Positions 62,481 through 64,000 of a DNA stretch of 64,000 nt are shown here, in pieces. Position 1 is the stretch's first letter. The number at the start of each line of letters is the position of its first letter. The notes under the pieces were generated by a model that saw nothing but the letters and a program-made list of their open reading frames with translations, searched no databases and was not told where the DNA came from. The stretch spans positions 82,028,001 to 82,092,000 of the forward strand of contig CM052817.1 in NCBI GenBank assembly GCA_028534125.1, given 5' to 3'. Origin of the DNA: Lama glama. Its lineage: Eukaryota. The translations under genes and the position numbers were made by a program.

Positions 62481-64000
62481 GTTTACAATACTTATTACTG
62501 TAAGTAATTATCAATGATTCTGCATTGTTACAAGTAATTTTATTAAAATGTATACTATTAGTCAGTGTCATCTAGAACATAATTGCTTCCCAGTGGAACT
62601 TATATTTTTTGTTGTAAATAAAAATAAAATATTATATAATGCCTTTCATCATTTAAGCATGTATAAGTTATTTGTCAGAAAAATAAAGTCTGCCACAAGG
62701 ATTATTTTTATAAAATAAGAATTGAGAATGTTGAACAAAAAAAGAAGTTATTCTTTTTATTAAATAGTAATTATGAATACAAACAAGAAAGGAGAAACAC
62801 CAATGAGTTTTTTAAGATTCACAGCAAAATTCAATAATTTTTCAAATGTATCTATAAGTAAAAATTTAATATATTTAAAATTCATAACTGCTGCAAATGT
62901 TGATGTGATAGTTCTACTAAGAGTGTTTCTTAATATAAAACACAATCAAATATTTTGTTGTTATGAGTTAAAATAACATCTCTGAGAATATGATGCAAAG
63001 TTAGACAACACTAGGTTATTACATAACAACATCACTAAAACTTAAAATATATTTGTGACTGCTCTAAAGTTCTTTTTATAAGGAAAATAGTAATTATTTT
63101 CCTCCTTTTCCTTGTACTGAAAAAGGAAATGATGGATTATGCCAGGCATCTCCTCTTACCTTTCAAATGAACAATTTTACAAAATCAAGGGGTTTTATTT
63201 TTGCAAATTATTTTTGATATTGATAGGAAACCAATTTGGAATTGATAGGAAAGGATAGTGAATGAAAGAGAAAAGTAAGATTTGGAAGAAAAATGTAAAC
63301 ATAAAAATGGGAGATGAAAGTATTAGAGGAAGAAATTGTATAGTGTGTAAGAAACCGTGTTTTCTCCTGTCCACTCTGCTTCTTCCAGCAAGCGCATCTT
63401 CCAAATATCCTTAGTGATAAAATTCTGGATGCAAATTACATTCGCTGTGCAAGAACTTGGCAGATGAAAGTGACACAGAAACCATCTTGTGGCAGCCAGG
63501 TCACAGAGATGCCTGGGCTCTGTGGCCCCCGGGGCGATGCAGCTAGTGTCCCCAGCATTGTGATGTAAGGGGCAGTTGTGGTCTCAGTTGTGATAGCAGC
63601 AGCAGTGAGTTGAACCCTGAATTGCAAATAGGGTGCTGTGGCCTTTAGCTCAATCATTCAGTGGTTGTCTTAGCTTCTGCTTCTCTAGAACCCTGTATTT
63701 TTATGTGCTAACTTTCCTTGATATATCTAGACTGGGTATCCATGTCCTCTGCTAATTCCTGGCCAATTCAGGGAGAGGGTGACATCCATCTGCTTGCTTA
63801 ATTTCTCTTTCTGTTAAGTAGTCATGGCTTATTTTCTTTTCCACTGAACCTGAGGCACCCCTTTTTCAAAGGAGGACAGTCTTTCTCAATAATATATATC
63901 GGAAAATGTTTCAGCTAATGCTGAATTCTACACCTCCGCAAATTCCTAAAATTATAACTTTGTTGTTCTTATGTAAATGCAATTAAATACAAAGCCCAAT

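Noticed and set aside
1..64000. CRISPR arrays, rRNA, operons, mitochondrial insertions, processed pseudogenes of known genes
   Set aside because: None seen; the sequence is mammalian repeat-rich non-coding DNA.

Overview
Mammalian nuclear DNA, AT-rich and dense in transposable elements, most likely from a camelid (camel/alpaca/llama). The evidence is a tRNA-Ala-derived SINE with the camelid Vic-1-type tail (57.9 kb) and young L1 3' ends of the matching type. No protein-coding gene could be identified with confidence; the ORF track is L1 remnants and chance ORFs. There is no prokaryote-type system (CRISPR, operon) here. The window holds many L1, L2 and MIR fragments, MaLR LTRs (including one near-complete LTR-internal-LTR provirus), a MER41-like ERV1 solo LTR, a MER21 LTR, an ERVL dUTPase remnant with an LTR16, DNA transposon fossils (MER63, MER5, MER8), microsatellites and one CpG-rich promoter-like patch at 38.2-38.8 kb. 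The most interesting signals are mutational footprints visible in the sequence: (1) a 68-bp inverted copy of 1712-1779 inserted into a different LTR at 801-868; (2) an L1 3' fragment at 49.55 kb with one-directional A-to-G hypermutation on the cDNA-sense strand; (3) isolated CpG-rich patches; (4) a MER41-like LTR with an intact IRF motif but two decayed GAS motifs. Several unidentified exon-like cassettes are reported at low confidence. Repeat subfamily names come from recalled consensus sequences, and most repeat boundaries are approximate.
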